Positions 17,443 to 28,566 of a stretch of 64,000 bases of DNA are shown here, in pieces (the stretch's first letter is position 1; each line of letters begins with the position of its first letter). The stretch lies in NCBI RefSeq assembly GCF_041248615.1, contig NZ_CP158426.1; one strand, 5' to 3'. Both the position numbers and the translations under genes were made by a program. A model generated the notes under the pieces. The model saw nothing but the letters and a program-made list of their open reading frames with translations. It made no database searches and had not been told where the DNA came from. Origin of the DNA: Escherichia coli (GTDB taxonomy: Bacteria > Pseudomonadota > Gammaproteobacteria > Enterobacterales > Enterobacteriaceae).

Positions 17443-18189
17443 ATGGCTGATTGGGTAACAGGCAAAGTCACTAAAGTGCAGAACTGGACCGACGCCCTGT
17501 TTAGTCTCACCGTTCACGCCCCCGTGCTTCCGTTTACCGCCGGGCAATTCACCAAGCTTGGCCTTGAAATTGACGGCGAACGCGTCCAGCGCGCCTACTC
17601 CTATGTTAACTCGCCCGATAATCCCGATCTGGAGTTTTACCTGGTCACCGTCCCCGATGGCAAATTAAGCCCACGACTGGCGGCACTGAAACCGGGCGAT
17701 GAAGTGCAGGTGGTTAGCGAAGCAGCTGGCTTCTTTGTTCTGGATGAAGTACCAGATTGCGAAACGCTATGGATGCTGGCAACCGGTACAGCGATTGGCC
17801 CTTATTTATCGATTCTACAACTAGGCAAAGATTTAGATCGCTTCAAAAATCTGGTCCTGGTGCACGCAGCACGTTATGCCGCCGACTTAAGCTATTTGCC
17901 ACTGATGCAAGAACTGGAAAAACGCTACGAAGGAAAACTGCGCATTCAGACGGTGGTCAGTCGGGAAACGGCAGCGGGTTCGCTCACCGGACGGATACCG
18001 GCGTTAATTGAAAGTGGTGAACTGGAAAGCGCGGTTGGCCTGCCGATAAATAAAGAAACCAGCCATGTGATGCTGTGCGGCAATCCACAGATGGTGCGCG
18101 ATACGCAACAGTTGCTGAAAGAGACCCGGCAGATGACGAAACATTTACGTCGCCGACCGGGTCACATGACAGCGGAGCATTACTGGTAA
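17443..18189 (+). CDS. fpr: Ferredoxin/flavodoxin-NADP+ reductase
   Basis: 248 aa, MADWVTGKVTKVQNWTDALFSLTVHAPVLPFTAGQF... Confidence 0.95.
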   Translation: MADWVTGKVTKVQNWTDALFSLTVHAPVLPFTAGQFTKLGLEIDGERVQRAYSYVNSPDNPDLEFYLVTVPDGKLSPRLAALKPGDEVQVVSEAAGFFVLDEVPDCETLWMLATGTAIGPYLSILQLGKDLDRFKNLVLVHAARYAADLSYLPLMQELEKRYEGKLRIQTVVSRETAAGSLTGRIPALIESGELESAVGLPINKETSHVMLCGNPQMVRDTQQLLKETRQMTKHLRRRPGHMTAEHYW

Positions 18190-18193
18190 GCGG

Positions 18194-18622
18194 TTACTTA
18201 TCGATAAACGGCACGATGAGCAAATCCGCACTCAACTTATTGATCATCCCGCGATATGCCGGCATCAAACGGTTGATAAATGAGTGGTGATGACCACAGA
18301 CAAGGAGGTCGCACTGCTCTTTTTGCATAATTTCCAGCAGTGTTTCCGGCATTTCTCCGCGTTCAATACGCAGTTTTGTCTTCGGCCATTGAATATTTTT
18401 CGTCAGTTTATACAGCTTGTTATCCGACTTATTCTTCAACAATTGAAGAATATCTTCTGTTGCAGGGAAGTAGATACCCGGATACAACTCGCTTAAGCCA
18501 TCATCAATATGAATTAACGTCAGGTGAGCGTCATTATGTCTGGCGAGCTCCAGGGCTTTATTCACCAGTAAGGCATCTTCTTCATTCCCGGAAATTGCCA
18601 CGCCAATGTGTTTATAAGCCAT
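18194..18622 (-). CDS. uspD: Universal stress protein D
   Basis: 142 aa, [41 protein letters not shown]... (UspA fold). Confidence 0.93.
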   Translation of the reverse strand: MAYKHIGVAISGNEEDALLVNKALELARHNDAHLTLIHIDDGLSELYPGIYFPATEDILQLLKNKSDNKLYKLTKNIQWPKTKLRIERGEMPETLLEIMQKEQCDLLVCGHHHSFINRLMPAYRGMINKLSADLLIVPFIDK

Positions 18623-18648
18623 GTTTAACTCCTTCTAAAGCAACTCCA

Positions 18649-18948
18649 TCAAGCTAACGAACGCAGTGATAACTCAAAAATAATCATCTCGGCCTGGCAT
18701 GAGAAGGTGAAGGCCGCATCAAGCTCAACTTGCCCCTCCAGATCCTTAATCTTATAGGCCACGCTGGCCCCTTCATCTGCAGAGGATGCAGCGGCGGCAA
18801 GCTCTTTCAGTTTGGTCATAAAGGACTCTGCTTCTTCGCGGGTGGCAAAAAAGCGCGAAAACTTACTGGTACAGTTGTCGTTATCAATCACCGTACCGAT
18901 ATCAATCGCACATCCTTTAGTACTGCATTTATCTACGACATCTTTCAT
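18649..18948 (-). CDS. yiiS: Conserved protein YiiS (UPF0381/DUF406)
   Basis: 99 aa, [30 protein letters not shown]...; position between uspD and yiiR matches K-12. Confidence 0.88.
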   Translation of the reverse strand: MKDVVDKCSTKGCAIDIGTVIDNDNCTSKFSRFFATREEAESFMTKLKELAAAASSADEGASVAYKIKDLEGQVELDAAFTFSCQAEMIIFELSLRSLA

Positions 18949-19159
18949 AGGGCACCTCTGTATATTCGCCTCTCTGTCGATTACGACTTAAGAATAATGC
19001 GCCGTTAAGGGAAGAACAAACAAGTAATGATCTTATGGATTACCATTTTTTTTGATATTGCTTAAGGTGAAGAGTTCAGAAGGATTTTCCGGGCATTGTC
19101 ATTTGCATCGAGGAAATAACAATCCCGGAAAAAAATAGCAGTAAGAGATATATTAAAGG

Positions 19160-19600
19160 TTAATTACTTGATTTATTGTCGGCTTTATACTTCACATCCT
19201 GGGTATCTTTACCATATTTATTTTCGCCTTGTGTGCCAACAAACGCACCAAGATCGATAAGCATCATCACCAGAATCAACGTCGGGACAAAACGCCCCAC
19301 CGCCCATTGCCAGACACCCGGTAAAATCGCCCAGTTACCCGCCAGCAGCATCCACGCCACAATCATCAGAAATGCCCATGCGCCGGAACGCCCGCGATCA
19401 TGCAAGCGCTTAACGGTTACTGCCGCTGTTGGCCAGAGCAAGCACACAAGGCAAAACGCCGCGGTCTGAATATCGAGTAAATTTTTACCCGCCAGTGAGA
19501 AAAGCACCAGCATGCCTGCGAACCACAGGCCTATCCAAATCCAGAAATCACGGCGTCCAATACGCCCTTTAAATGAGAATAACCATTGCTGTATGGTCAT
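19160..19600 (-). CDS. yiiR: Inner-membrane protein YiiR (DUF805)
   Basis: 146 aa, hydrophobic, MTIQQWLFSFKGRIGRRDFWIWIGLWFAGMLVLF... Confidence 0.88.
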   Translation of the reverse strand: MTIQQWLFSFKGRIGRRDFWIWIGLWFAGMLVLFSLAGKNLLDIQTAAFCLVCLLWPTAAVTVKRLHDRGRSGAWAFLMIVAWMLLAGNWAILPGVWQWAVGRFVPTLILVMMLIDLGAFVGTQGENKYGKDTQDVKYKADNKSSN

Positions 19601-19700
19601 GTAAGTTCCTTGATGGTTGTCTTTTCCAGGATTCTACCCTTTTGACAAGGGCGACAGATATCGTTTTAATCGGAGCCAGTCATAACAAAAGGTACTGTCA

Positions 19701-20300
19701 ATGAAGCCAGGGTGTACGCTGTTTTTTCTCTTATGTTCTGCATTAACCGTTACAACAACGGCGCATGCACAAACACCAGATACGGCAACGACCGCGCCTT
19801 ATCTGCTGGCTGGAGCCCCTACTTTCGATCTCTCCATCAGCCAGTTTCGAGAAGACTTTAACAGCCAGAATCCCAGCCTGCCACTGAACGAATTTCGTGC
19901 CATCGACAGCAGTCCCGACAAAGCCAATCTCACTCGTGCTGCCAGTAAAATTAATGAGAACTTGTATGCTTCTACAGCGCTGGAGCGCGGTACCTTAAAA
20001 ATCAAAAGCATTCAAATGACCTGGCTACCCATCCAGGGGCCAGAGCAAAAAGCCGCGAAAGCGAAAGCTCAGGAATACATGGCAGCGGTGATCCGCACAC
20101 TCACCCCATTAATGACCAAAACACAAAGCCAGAAAAAACTGCAGTCGCTACTAACGGCGGGGAAAAACAAACGTTATTACACCGAGACAGAAGGTGCACT
20201 GCGTTATGTTGTCGCGGACAACGGCGAAAAGGGGCTGACCTTCGCTGTTGAACCGATTAAGCTGGCGCTATCTGAATCGCTTGAAGGTTTGAATAAATGA
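19701..20300 (+). CDS. yiiQ: Periplasmic protein YiiQ (DUF1454) with signal peptide
   Basis: 199 aa; N-terminal signal peptide MKPGCTLFFLLCSALTVTTTAHA. Confidence 0.88.
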   Translation: MKPGCTLFFLLCSALTVTTTAHAQTPDTATTAPYLLAGAPTFDLSISQFREDFNSQNPSLPLNEFRAIDSSPDKANLTRAASKINENLYASTALERGTLKIKSIQMTWLPIQGPEQKAAKAKAQEYMAAVIRTLTPLMTKTQSQKKLQSLLTAGKNKRYYTETEGALRYVVADNGEKGLTFAVEPIKLALSESLEGLNK

Positions 20301-20407
20301 CAAAAAGCAAAGCCTTTGTGCCGATGAATCTCTATACTGTTTCACAGACCTGCTGCCCTGCGGGGCGGCCATCTTCCTTTATTCGCTTATAAGCGTGGAG
20401 AATTAAA

Positions 20408-21175
20408 ATGCGACATCCTTTAGTGATGGGTAACTGGAAACTGAACGGCAGCCGCCACATGGTTCACGAGCTGGTTTCTAACCTGCGTAAAGAGCTGGCA
20501 GGTGTTGCTGGCTGTGCGGTTGCAATCGCACCACCGGAAATGTACATCGATATGGCGAAGCGTGAAGCTGAAGGCAGCCACATCATGCTGGGTGCGCAAA
20601 ACGTGGACCTGAACCTGTCCGGCGCATTCACCGGTGAAACCTCTGCTGCTATGCTGAAAGACATCGGCGCACAGTACATCATCATCGGCCACTCTGAACG
20701 TCGTACTTACCACAAAGAGTCTGACGAACTGATCGCGAAAAAATTCGCGGTGCTGAAAGAGCAGGGTCTGACTCCGGTTCTGTGCATCGGTGAAACCGAA
20801 GCTGAAAACGAAGCGGGCAAAACTGAAGAAGTTTGCGCACGTCAGATCGACGCGGTACTGAAAACTCAGGGTGCTGCAGCATTCGAAGGTGCGGTAATCG
20901 CTTACGAACCCGTATGGGCAATCGGTACTGGCAAATCTGCAACTCCGGCGCAGGCACAGGCTGTTCACAAATTCATCCGTGACCACATCGCTAAAGTTGA
21001 CGCTAACATCGCTGAACAAGTGATCATCCAGTACGGCGGCTCTGTAAACGCGTCTAACGCTGCAGAACTGTTTGCTCAGCCAGACATCGACGGCGCGCTG
21101 GTTGGCGGTGCTTCTCTGAAAGCTGACGCTTTCGCAGTGATCGTTAAAGCTGCAGAAGCGGCTAAACAGGCTTAA
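20408..21175 (+). CDS. tpiA: Triosephosphate isomerase
   Basis: 255 aa, [27 protein letters not shown]..., active-site IGHSERR and [11 protein letters not shown]. Confidence 0.97.
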
Positions 21176-21184
21176 GTCTGACAG

Positions 21185-21215
21185 GTGCCGGATTTCATAT
21201 CCGGCACTTACTTTC
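21185..21215 (+). terminator. Terminator hairpin after tpiA
   Basis: GTGCCGGATTTCATATCCGGCAC perfect hairpin followed by a T-rich stretch (ttactttcc). Confidence 0.6.
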
Positions 21216-21229
21216 CTTAACTCCTCGCC

Positions 21230-21985
21230 TTAACGCAAAATCTCACACTGATGATCCTGGATTTCCTCGGCTGAAGCACGGTTCAGCGTCAGTAAATTTC
21301 GTTGTGTCGCCAGCAATACAAATGAGTTATCACTCTGCCGTACCATTGCCAGCCCGTAGCTTCCCATATGTTCCCGCGCCTCAGGCACTTCTTCTGCAAG
21401 CATCATAAATGGGCTGCGTTGTACCAGTTCGCTTTCCGTTACCCGACGCGCCAGGTATTCATGCCCGCGCAAACCACCTGGCAGTGGCAACCAGCGGCTG
21501 CTGATGTTCGCCAGATTTTTATCCAGTTGTTCGCGCACATCAGGACGAATACAAGAGATATGAATATGAAAATGGTTTTGCGTACGCCCGGTGCGGGAGT
21601 TGATCGCCAAAGAAACCGCGCGATCGGGAACCGACTGACCGTATTTTTTGCTCATAAAATCACGCGCCTGCCAGGCCAACCAAAAGAAGTTCGGCGTTGA
21701 AGGATCGGTCAACAAAGGACTTTCAGTACCGTTAATACGATACGTTGGCATCAACAGATATTGCAGTGGGCCATTAAGATCTTTTAAAACCACGTATCCG
21801 GCATTGGGTTTGACTTCCGCACATGGCGAAGGATTTTGATTTTGCTGCTGATTGGGCAAACATTCCTCAAGGACAATCTTACGTAATGTATCCGACTCTT
21901 CACCGGTTAATTTCCAGTAACCAATACCGGCAGCCACAACGGCGATAACTATCATCACCAAAAAAAGAAGACCCGCTTTTTTCAT
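21230..21985 (-). CDS. cdh: CDP-diacylglycerol pyrophosphatase
   Basis: ORF 21230..22177 overlaps sbp; start set at the ATG (21985) giving [26 protein letters not shown]... (251 aa). Confidence 0.9.
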   Translation of the reverse strand: MKKAGLLFLVMIVIAVVAAGIGYWKLTGEESDTLRKIVLEECLPNQQQNQNPSPCAEVKPNAGYVVLKDLNGPLQYLLMPTYRINGTESPLLTDPSTPNFFWLAWQARDFMSKKYGQSVPDRAVSLAINSRTGRTQNHFHIHISCIRPDVREQLDKNLANISSRWLPLPGGLRGHEYLARRVTESELVQRSPFMMLAEEVPEAREHMGSYGLAMVRQSDNSFVLLATQRNLLTLNRASAEEIQDHQCEILR

Positions 21986-22040
21986 CTTTTTTTCCCTGTA
22001 CCTCAAAGAGATGCAAGGGTAACGCAAAATCGTGACAAAT

Positions 22041-22069
22041 AAAAAACCCGGTCGCGAGAAACCACCGGG
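22041..22069 (-). terminator. Rho-independent terminator downstream of sbp
   Basis: Minus strand reads CCCGGTGGTTTCTCGCGACCGGG hairpin then TTTTTT. Confidence 0.75.
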
Positions 22070-22091
22070 TTTGATAATTATCCTGGAGAAA

Positions 22092-23081
22092 TCAGCGTTT
22101 GCTGATCTGATCGAACGTACCGCCGTTAGCAAAATGCTCTTTTTGCGCTTTCGTCCAGCCGCCGAACTCTTCATCAATGGTGAATAACTTCAGCTTTGGA
22201 AACGCATTTTCGTACTTTTTCGCCACCTCAGCATCGCGCGGACGGTAGTAGTTTTTCTCGGCAATTTCCTGACCTTCTGGCGAGTAGAGATATTTCAGAT
22301 AGGCTTCCGCCACCTCTTTGGTGCCTTTTTTCTCGACCACTTTATCGACCACCGACACGGTTGGCTCTGCGAGGATAGACTCACTCGGCGTAACGATTTC
22401 GAATTTATCTTTCCCCAGTTCATTCGCTGCCAGCAGAGCTTCGTTTTCCCAGGCGATCAGTACATCGCCAATTCCGCGCTCGACAAAAGTGTTAGTGGAG
22501 CCGCGCGCGCCAGAATCCAGAACTTCGACGTTTTTATACAGTGCCCGAACAAAATCCTGTGCTTTTGCCTGATCGTTGTTGTTGTGATGCAGCGCGTAGC
22601 CCCAGGCTGCCAGGTAGTTCCAGCGCGCGCCACCAGAGCTTTTCGGATTAGGCGTGATCACCGAAACACCCGGTTTAATCAGATCGTTCCAGTCATGGAT
22701 CTGCTTCGGATTGCCCTTACGCACCAGGAAAACAATGGTGGAAGTGTACGGTGCGGAGTTATCCGGCAGACGTTTGATCCACTCTTTATCAATCCGCCCG
22801 CGTTCCGCAATCGCGTCCACGTCATAGGCCAGAGCCAGCGTGACAACATCAGCTTCAATACCGTTGATTACCGACGTCGCTTGTTTGCCTGAACCACCGT
22901 GGGACTGACGGATCACCACGTTATCGCCAGTTTGCTGTTTCCAGTGGGCGCTGAATGCCTTGTTGTACTGTTCGTACAATTCGCGCGTTGGATCATATGA
23001 AACGTTAAGAAGCTGAATATCCTTTGCCATAACGCTGGTTGCCGCCAGCAAAAATGTTAACCCTACGCCCCACTTGTTCAT
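22092..23081 (-). CDS. sbp: Periplasmic sulfate-binding protein
   Basis: 329 aa with signal peptide [19 protein letters not shown]. Confidence 0.95.
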   Translation of the reverse strand: MNKWGVGLTFLLAATSVMAKDIQLLNVSYDPTRELYEQYNKAFSAHWKQQTGDNVVIRQSHGGSGKQATSVINGIEADVVTLALAYDVDAIAERGRIDKEWIKRLPDNSAPYTSTIVFLVRKGNPKQIHDWNDLIKPGVSVITPNPKSSGGARWNYLAAWGYALHHNNNDQAKAQDFVRALYKNVEVLDSGARGSTNTFVERGIGDVLIAWENEALLAANELGKDKFEIVTPSESILAEPTVSVVDKVVEKKGTKEVAEAYLKYLYSPEGQEIAEKNYYRPRDAEVAKKYENAFPKLKLFTIDEEFGGWTKAQKEHFANGGTFDQISKR

Positions 23082-23193
23082 CGCCAGACTCTCTTATGTT
23101 GTGTTGTGATGAGCAAAGCGTGCCAGAAGGTTAACCAAACATTAAAGAATAAAAAAAGATTGGCTATAACTTGCGGGTATATGTTGGGGGATT

Positions 23194-23215
23194 AAAAAGG
23201 CGGAAGAAATCCGCC
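23194..23215 (-). terminator. Rho-independent terminator (pfkA transcript end)
   Basis: Minus strand: GGCGGATTTCTTCCGCC hairpin followed by TTTTT. Confidence 0.65.
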
Positions 23216-23246
23216 TCATATTGCTGACAAAGTGCGCTTTGTCCAT

Positions 23247-23345
23247 GCCGGATGCGGCGCGAACGCCTTATCCGGCCTACAAAAGTTTGCAAATTCAATA
23301 AATTGCAGAATTCATGTAGGCCTGATAAGCGAAGCGCATCCGGCA
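23247..23345. repeat. BIME: two inverted REP (palindromic unit) elements
   Basis: GCCGGATGCGGCGCGAACGCCTTATCCGGCCTAC and inverted copy GTAGGCCTGATAAGCGAAGCGCATCCGGCA, canonical E. coli REP sequences. Confidence 0.9.
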
Positions 23346-23400
23346 TTTTTGCTTCTGTCATCGGTTTCAGGCTAAAGGAATCTGCCTTTTTCCGAAATCA

Positions 23401-24363
23401 TTAATACAGTTTTTTCGCGCAGTCCAGCCAGTCGCCTTTGAACGGACGCTTCATGTTTTCGATAGCGTCGATGATGTCGTGGTGAACCAGCTGTTCGTTC
23501 TGGATACCTACGCAACGACCGCCGTAACCTGCCAGCAGCAGATCGATAGCGTAAGCGCCCATACGGGAAGCCAGAATACGGTCGTAAGGCACCGGAGAAC
23601 CACCGCGCTGGATGTGGCCCAGCACAGTTGCGCGGGTTTCACGACCGGTTTCTTTCTCGATGAAATGCGCCAGTTCGTCAACATCACACATATGTTCGGT
23701 AATCGCCACGATCGCGTGTTTTTTACCTTTCGCGATACCCGCTTTGATTTCGTTTACCAGGTCTTCACGGCTGAATTCAACTTCCGGAACTACAACGAAT
23801 TCACAGCCACCGGCAATGGCCGCAGCCAGGGTCAGATCGCCACAATAACGACCCATCACTTCCACCACGGAAATACGCTGGTGAGAAGAAGAGGTGTCAC
23901 GCAGACGGTCGATCGCTTCTACAACGGTGCTCAGCGCAGTGAAGAAACCGATAGTGTAGTCAGTGCCTTTGATGTCGTTGTCGATAGTGCCAGGCAGACC
24001 GATGCACGGGAAGCCCATTTCGGTCAGACGCATTGCACCCATGTAGGAACCGTCACCGCCGATAACCACCAGCGCGTCGATACCACGTTTTTTCAGGTTT
24101 TCGATAGCCACGGCGCGGATGTTCTCGTCGCGGAATTCCGGGAAACGCGCAGAACCGAGGAACGTACCGCCACGGTTGATCATGTCAGAAACGCTGTAAC
24201 GGTCTAGCTGTACCATACGGTCTTCATACAGACCCAGATAGCCGTCATAAATGCCCATTACTTCCAGACCTTCTGTCAGCGCAGAACGAACAACCCCGCG
24301 AATTGCGGCGTTCATGCCTGGCGCATCACCGCCGCTTGTCAACACACCGATTTTCTTAATCAT
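23401..24363 (-). CDS. pfkA: ATP-dependent 6-phosphofructokinase I
   Basis: ORF 23401..24459; ATG at 24363 gives [29 protein letters not shown]... (320 aa). Confidence 0.96.
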
Positions 24364-24543
24364 GACTACCTCTGAACTTTGGAATGCAAAATGAAATCTG
24401 TTGCCGGAAGTCTTCTTGCACATCGAAGTGATCCAACGAATGTGCAAATAGTATAACAATCACTTCCTGCTGAATTGATTCAGGTCAGGCCAAATGGCGG
24501 TATTTTATACACAAAATGCGGGTCTGGCTCTCTTTTATACTGA

Positions 24544-25446
24544 TTATGAAAGCATAGACCGTTTACCCTCCCTGGGTACGACGGAACAGGGGTCCTGATG
24601 GATAATCACATCCGATCCCGGAAAACGCCGTAAAATAGCCTGCTCTACCTGATCCGCCACCATATGTGCCTGAACCAAAGGCAGAGAGTCTTCCATTTCC
24701 AAATGAATCTGAATAAAGCGGGTCGGCCCTGACTGCCGCGTGCGAAGATCGTGAGCGCCGCTAACACCCGGCCAGGAAGTCACGATATCAATAATTTCTT
24801 GCCGTTCTTCATCAGGCAATGCGCGATCCAGTAATGACTGTACCGCCTCATATCCCATGCGTAACGCGCTATATAAAATATAGATGCCGATTCCCAATGC
24901 AAACAGAGCATCGGCGCGATGCCAGCCGTACCAGGACAACCCCAGCGCCAGCAGAATTGCGCCGTTCATCATAACATCAGACTGGTAATGTAGCATATCA
25001 GCCCGCACCGCCTGGCTTTGCGTCCGGCGCACCACCCACCGCTGAAACGAGACAAGGATAATCGTACAAATTAGCGCCACAATTGTCACGATTACCCCGA
25101 CGCCTGGATCTGTCATCGGTGTTGGAGATATCAGATGTTGAATACCCGTCAAAAAGAGGAATAGTGCCGAACCGGAGATAAACATACTTTGCGCCAGCGC
25201 CGCGAGGGACTCAGCTTTACCGTGACCAAACGAGTGATTATCGTCGGCAGGTTGCAGGGAATATCGCACCACCAGTAAATTCGTCAACGACGCGCCGATA
25301 TCCACCAGCGAATCCACCAGCGCGGCGAGAATACTCACCGACCCGGTATACCACCATGCAAAAATTTTAATCAGCAATAGCAGTGAAGCCATCGCCGTTG
25401 CAGCAATCGCCGCCCGACTGACCAGCCGTCCATAAGATTGATTCAT
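24544..25446 (-). CDS. fieF: Cation-diffusion-facilitator metal efflux pump FieF (YiiP)
   Basis: Start at the ATG giving [49 protein letters not shown]... (300 aa). Confidence 0.94.
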
Positions 25447-25526
25447 AAATACTCCCGCTATCAACTGACGCTAGTATAACGGAAGCAAATCATCTGCAAT
25501 GCATTAAGCAGCAGGCAAATTGAGGA

Positions 25527-25590
25527 TAAAAAAACCCCCACATCATGTGGGGGAAGACAGGGATGGTGTCTATGGCAAGGAAAACAGGGT
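25527..25590 (-). ncRNA. cpxQ: CpxQ-like sRNA from the cpxP 3' UTR, including terminator hairpin
   Basis: ~65-nt 3' UTR between the cpxP stop (25594-25596) and the hairpin CCCCCACATCATGTGGGGG + T-run (25527-25552). Assigned from the K-12 precedent that CpxQ is processed from this 3' UTR; boundaries approximate. Confidence 0.5.
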
Positions 25591-25593
25591 TTA

Positions 25594-26094
25594 CTACTGG
25601 GAACGTGAGTTGCTACTACTCAATAGCTTCAACGATGAACTTTTTTGCCATTGCGTCACGTCACGCAACTGCTCCATTCGTTGTTGATGTTTCTCATTTA
25701 AAACCGCTTGCTGCTCCGGCGTTAACAGGCGATACATTTGGTTGCGGACTTTTGCCATCTCAACCTGACGAGCAATTTGCTCATTCGCCATTTTTTCTGC
25801 CTGTGCGCGCACAGCGTTTTCATCAAAATTTTCTGCGGTGACAAGGCGATGCATTGTCTCCAGTTCGCTAACATTAACAGGAGGCTGTTCGTGCCGGGCC
25901 TGTTGCATAAGATCTCGCATCTGCTGACGCTGATGTTCGGTTAAACTTATGCCGTCGAACATATGGCTCTGCGTACTGCGCTGCGTAAGTTCTTCACCCG
26001 GATGCCAGTTATCGCCTGAACCGACTTCAGCAGCGTGGCTTAATGAACTGACTGCCAGCGTTGAGGCCATGACGGCAGCGGTAACTATGCGCAT
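25594..26094 (-). CDS. cpxP: Periplasmic Cpx stress adaptor CpxP
   Basis: 166 aa, [39 protein letters not shown]... with LTxxQ motifs. Confidence 0.94.
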
Positions 26095-26173
26095 CATTTG
26101 CTCCCAAAATCTTTCTGTCGCGATTCAACGATAGAGAGTTTACGATTCAGGCTGCAAACATGCGTCAGGGGGT

Positions 26174-26188
26174 GTAAAACAACGTAAA
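26174..26188. promoter_or_regulatory. CpxR-P binding box in the divergent cpxP/cpxRA control region
   Basis: GTAAA-acaac-GTAAA, an exact match to the CpxR consensus GTAAA-N5-GTAAA, between cpxP (26094) and cpxR (26244). Confidence 0.8.
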
Positions 26189-26243
26189 GTCATGGATTAG
26201 CGACGTCTGATGACGTAATTTCTGCCTCGGAGGTATTTAAACA

Positions 26244-26942
26244 ATGAATAAAATCCTGTTAGTTGATGATGACCGAGAGCTGACTTCCCTATTAAAGGAG
26301 CTGCTCGAGATGGAAGGCTTCAACGTGATTGTTGCCCACGATGGGGAACAGGCGCTTGATCTTCTGGACGACAGCATTGATTTACTTTTGCTTGATGTAA
26401 TGATGCCGAAGAAAAATGGTATCGACACATTAAAAGCACTTCGCCAGACACACCAGACGCCTGTCATTATGTTGACGGCGCGCGGCAGTGAACTTGATCG
26501 CGTTCTCGGCCTTGAGCTGGGCGCAGATGACTATCTCCCGAAACCGTTTAATGATCGTGAGCTGGTGGCACGTATTCGCGCGATCCTGCGCCGTTCGCAC
26601 TGGAGTGAGCAACAGCAAAATAACGACAACGGTTCACCGACACTGGAAGTTGATGCCTTAGTGCTGAATCCAGGCCGTCAGGAAGCCAGCTTCGACGGGC
26701 AAACGCTGGAGTTAACCGGCACTGAGTTTACCCTGCTCTATTTGCTGGCACAGCATCTGGGTCAGGTGGTTTCCCGTGAGCATTTAAGCCAGGAAGTGCT
26801 GGGCAAACGCCTGACGCCTTTCGACCGCGCTATCGATATGCACATTTCCAACCTGCGTCGTAAACTGCCGGATCGTAAAGATGGTCACCCGTGGTTTAAA
26901 ACCTTGCGTGGTCGCGGCTATCTGATGGTTTCTGCTTCATGA
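26244..26942 (+). CDS. cpxR: Two-component response regulator CpxR (OmpR family)
   Basis: 232 aa, MNKILLVDDDRELTSLLKELLEMEGFNVIVAHDGEQALDLL... Confidence 0.96.
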   Translation: MNKILLVDDDRELTSLLKELLEMEGFNVIVAHDGEQALDLLDDSIDLLLLDVMMPKKNGIDTLKALRQTHQTPVIMLTARGSELDRVLGLELGADDYLPKPFNDRELVARIRAILRRSHWSEQQQNNDNGSPTLEVDALVLNPGRQEASFDGQTLELTGTEFTLLYLLAQHLGQVVSREHLSQEVLGKRLTPFDRAIDMHISNLRRKLPDRKDGHPWFKTLRGRGYLMVSAS

Positions 26943-28312
26943 TAGGCAGCTTAACCGCGCGCATCTTCGCCATCTTCTGGCTGACGCTGGCGCTGGTGTT
27001 GATGTTAGTTTTGATGTTACCCAAGCTCGATTCACGCCAGATGACCGAGCTTCTGGATAGCGAACAGCGTCAGGGGCTGATGATTGAGCAGCATGTTGAA
27101 GCGGAGCTGGCGAACGATCCGCCCAACGATTTAATGTGGTGGCGGCGTCTGTTCCGGGCGATTGATAAGTGGGCACCGCCAGGACAGCGTTTGTTATTGG
27201 TGACCACCGAAGGCCGCGTGATCGGCGCTGAACGCAGCGAAATGCAGATCATTCGTAACTTTATTGGTCAGGCCGATAACGCCGATCATCCGCAGAAGAA
27301 AAAGTATGGCCGCGTGGAACTGGTCGGTCCGTTCTCAGTGCGTGATGGCGAAGATAATTACCAACTTTATCTGATTCGTCCGGCCAGCAGTTCTCAATCC
27401 GATTTCATTAACTTACTGTTTGACCGCCCGCTATTACTGCTGATTGTCACCATGCTGGTCAGTACGCCGCTGCTGTTGTGGTTGGCCTGGAGTCTGGCAA
27501 AACCGGCGCGTAAGCTGAAAAACGCGGCCGATGAAGTTGCCCAGGGAAACTTACGCCAGCACCCGGAACTGGAAGCGGGGCCACAGGAATTCCTTGCCGC
27601 AGGTGCCAGTTTTAACCAGATGGTCACCGCGCTGGAGCGTATGATGACCTCTCAGCAGCGTCTGCTTTCTGATATCTCTCACGAGCTGCGCACGCCGCTG
27701 ACGCGTCTGCAACTGGGTACGGCGTTACTGCGCCGTCGTAGCGGTGAAAGCAAGGAACTGGAGCGTATTGAAACCGAAGCGCAACGTCTGGACAGCATGA
27801 TTAACGACCTGTTGGTGATGTCACGTAATCAGCAAAAAAACGCGCTGGTTAGCGAGACCATCAAAGCCAATCAGTTGTGGAGTGAAGTGCTGGATAACGC
27901 GGCGTTCGAAGCCGAGCAAATGGGCAAGTCGTTGACAGTTAACTTCCCGCCTGGGCCGTGGCCGCTGTACGGCAACCCGAACGCCCTGGAGAGTGCGCTG
28001 GAAAACATTGTTCGTAATGCCCTGCGTTATTCCCATACGAAGATTGAAGTGGGCTTTGCGGTAGATAAAGACGGTATCACCATTACGGTGGACGACGATG
28101 GTCCTGGCGTTAGCCCGGAAGATCGCGAACAGATTTTCCGTCCGTTCTATCGTACCGATGAAGCACGCGATCGTGAATCTGGCGGTACAGGTTTGGGGCT
28201 GGCAATTGTTGAAACCGCCATTCAGCAGCATCGTGGCTGGGTTAAAGCGGAAGACAGCCCGCTGGGCGGTTTACGGCTGGTGATTTGGTTGCCGCTGTAT
28301 AAGCGGAGTTAA
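26939..28312 (+). CDS. cpxA: Envelope-stress sensor histidine kinase CpxA
   Basis: 457 aa; H-box LSDISHELRTPLTRL, HAMP and ATPase motifs; ATGA overlap with cpxR. Confidence 0.96.
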   Translation: MIGSLTARIFAIFWLTLALVLMLVLMLPKLDSRQMTELLDSEQRQGLMIEQHVEAELANDPPNDLMWWRRLFRAIDKWAPPGQRLLLVTTEGRVIGAERSEMQIIRNFIGQADNADHPQKKKYGRVELVGPFSVRDGEDNYQLYLIRPASSSQSDFINLLFDRPLLLLIVTMLVSTPLLLWLAWSLAKPARKLKNAADEVAQGNLRQHPELEAGPQEFLAAGASFNQMVTALERMMTSQQRLLSDISHELRTPLTRLQLGTALLRRRSGESKELERIETEAQRLDSMINDLLVMSRNQQKNALVSETIKANQLWSEVLDNAAFEAEQMGKSLTVNFPPGPWPLYGNPNALESALENIVRNALRYSHTKIEVGFAVDKDGITITVDDDGPGVSPEDREQIFRPFYRTDEARDRESGGTGLGLAIVETAIQQHRGWVKAEDSPLGGLRLVIWLPLYKRS

Positions 28313-28319
28313 ACTCGGC

Positions 28320-28520
28320 GCAGTGCCGTCCCCTTCGGGGTGAAGGCAACAGGTCAGCACTGTGCGAACTGATACCCTCACCACGGCCCTCTCCCTGAAA
28401 GGGCGAGGGGAAAAACGTAGCCCTGTTCAGCAACGGAGCTGAGCACCGCTCCGGACAGTCCCCTCGCCCCTCTGGGGAGAGGGTTAGGGTGAGGGGAAAA
28501 ATTCAGCACAATGCAAACGG
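28320..28520. repeat. Structured GC-rich extragenic repeat region (inverted pair of ~36-bp units)
   Basis: CCCTCACCACGGCCCTCTCCCTGAAAGGGCGAGGGG (28375-28410) and its inverted partner CCCCTCGCCCCTCTGGGGAGAGGGTTAGGGTGAGGG (28461-28496), plus a CCCCTTCGGGG hairpin at 28330. Resembles E. coli extragenic repeat families; family not confirmed. Confidence 0.6.
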
Positions 28521-28566
28521 CACTGCTCTCACCGGAAACCATGCCAGATTTCGTATTAAGGCAGAC

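Noticed and set aside
23479-24207. 242-aa plus-strand ORF
   Set aside because: Antisense within pfkA; translation is compositionally biased and motif-free.
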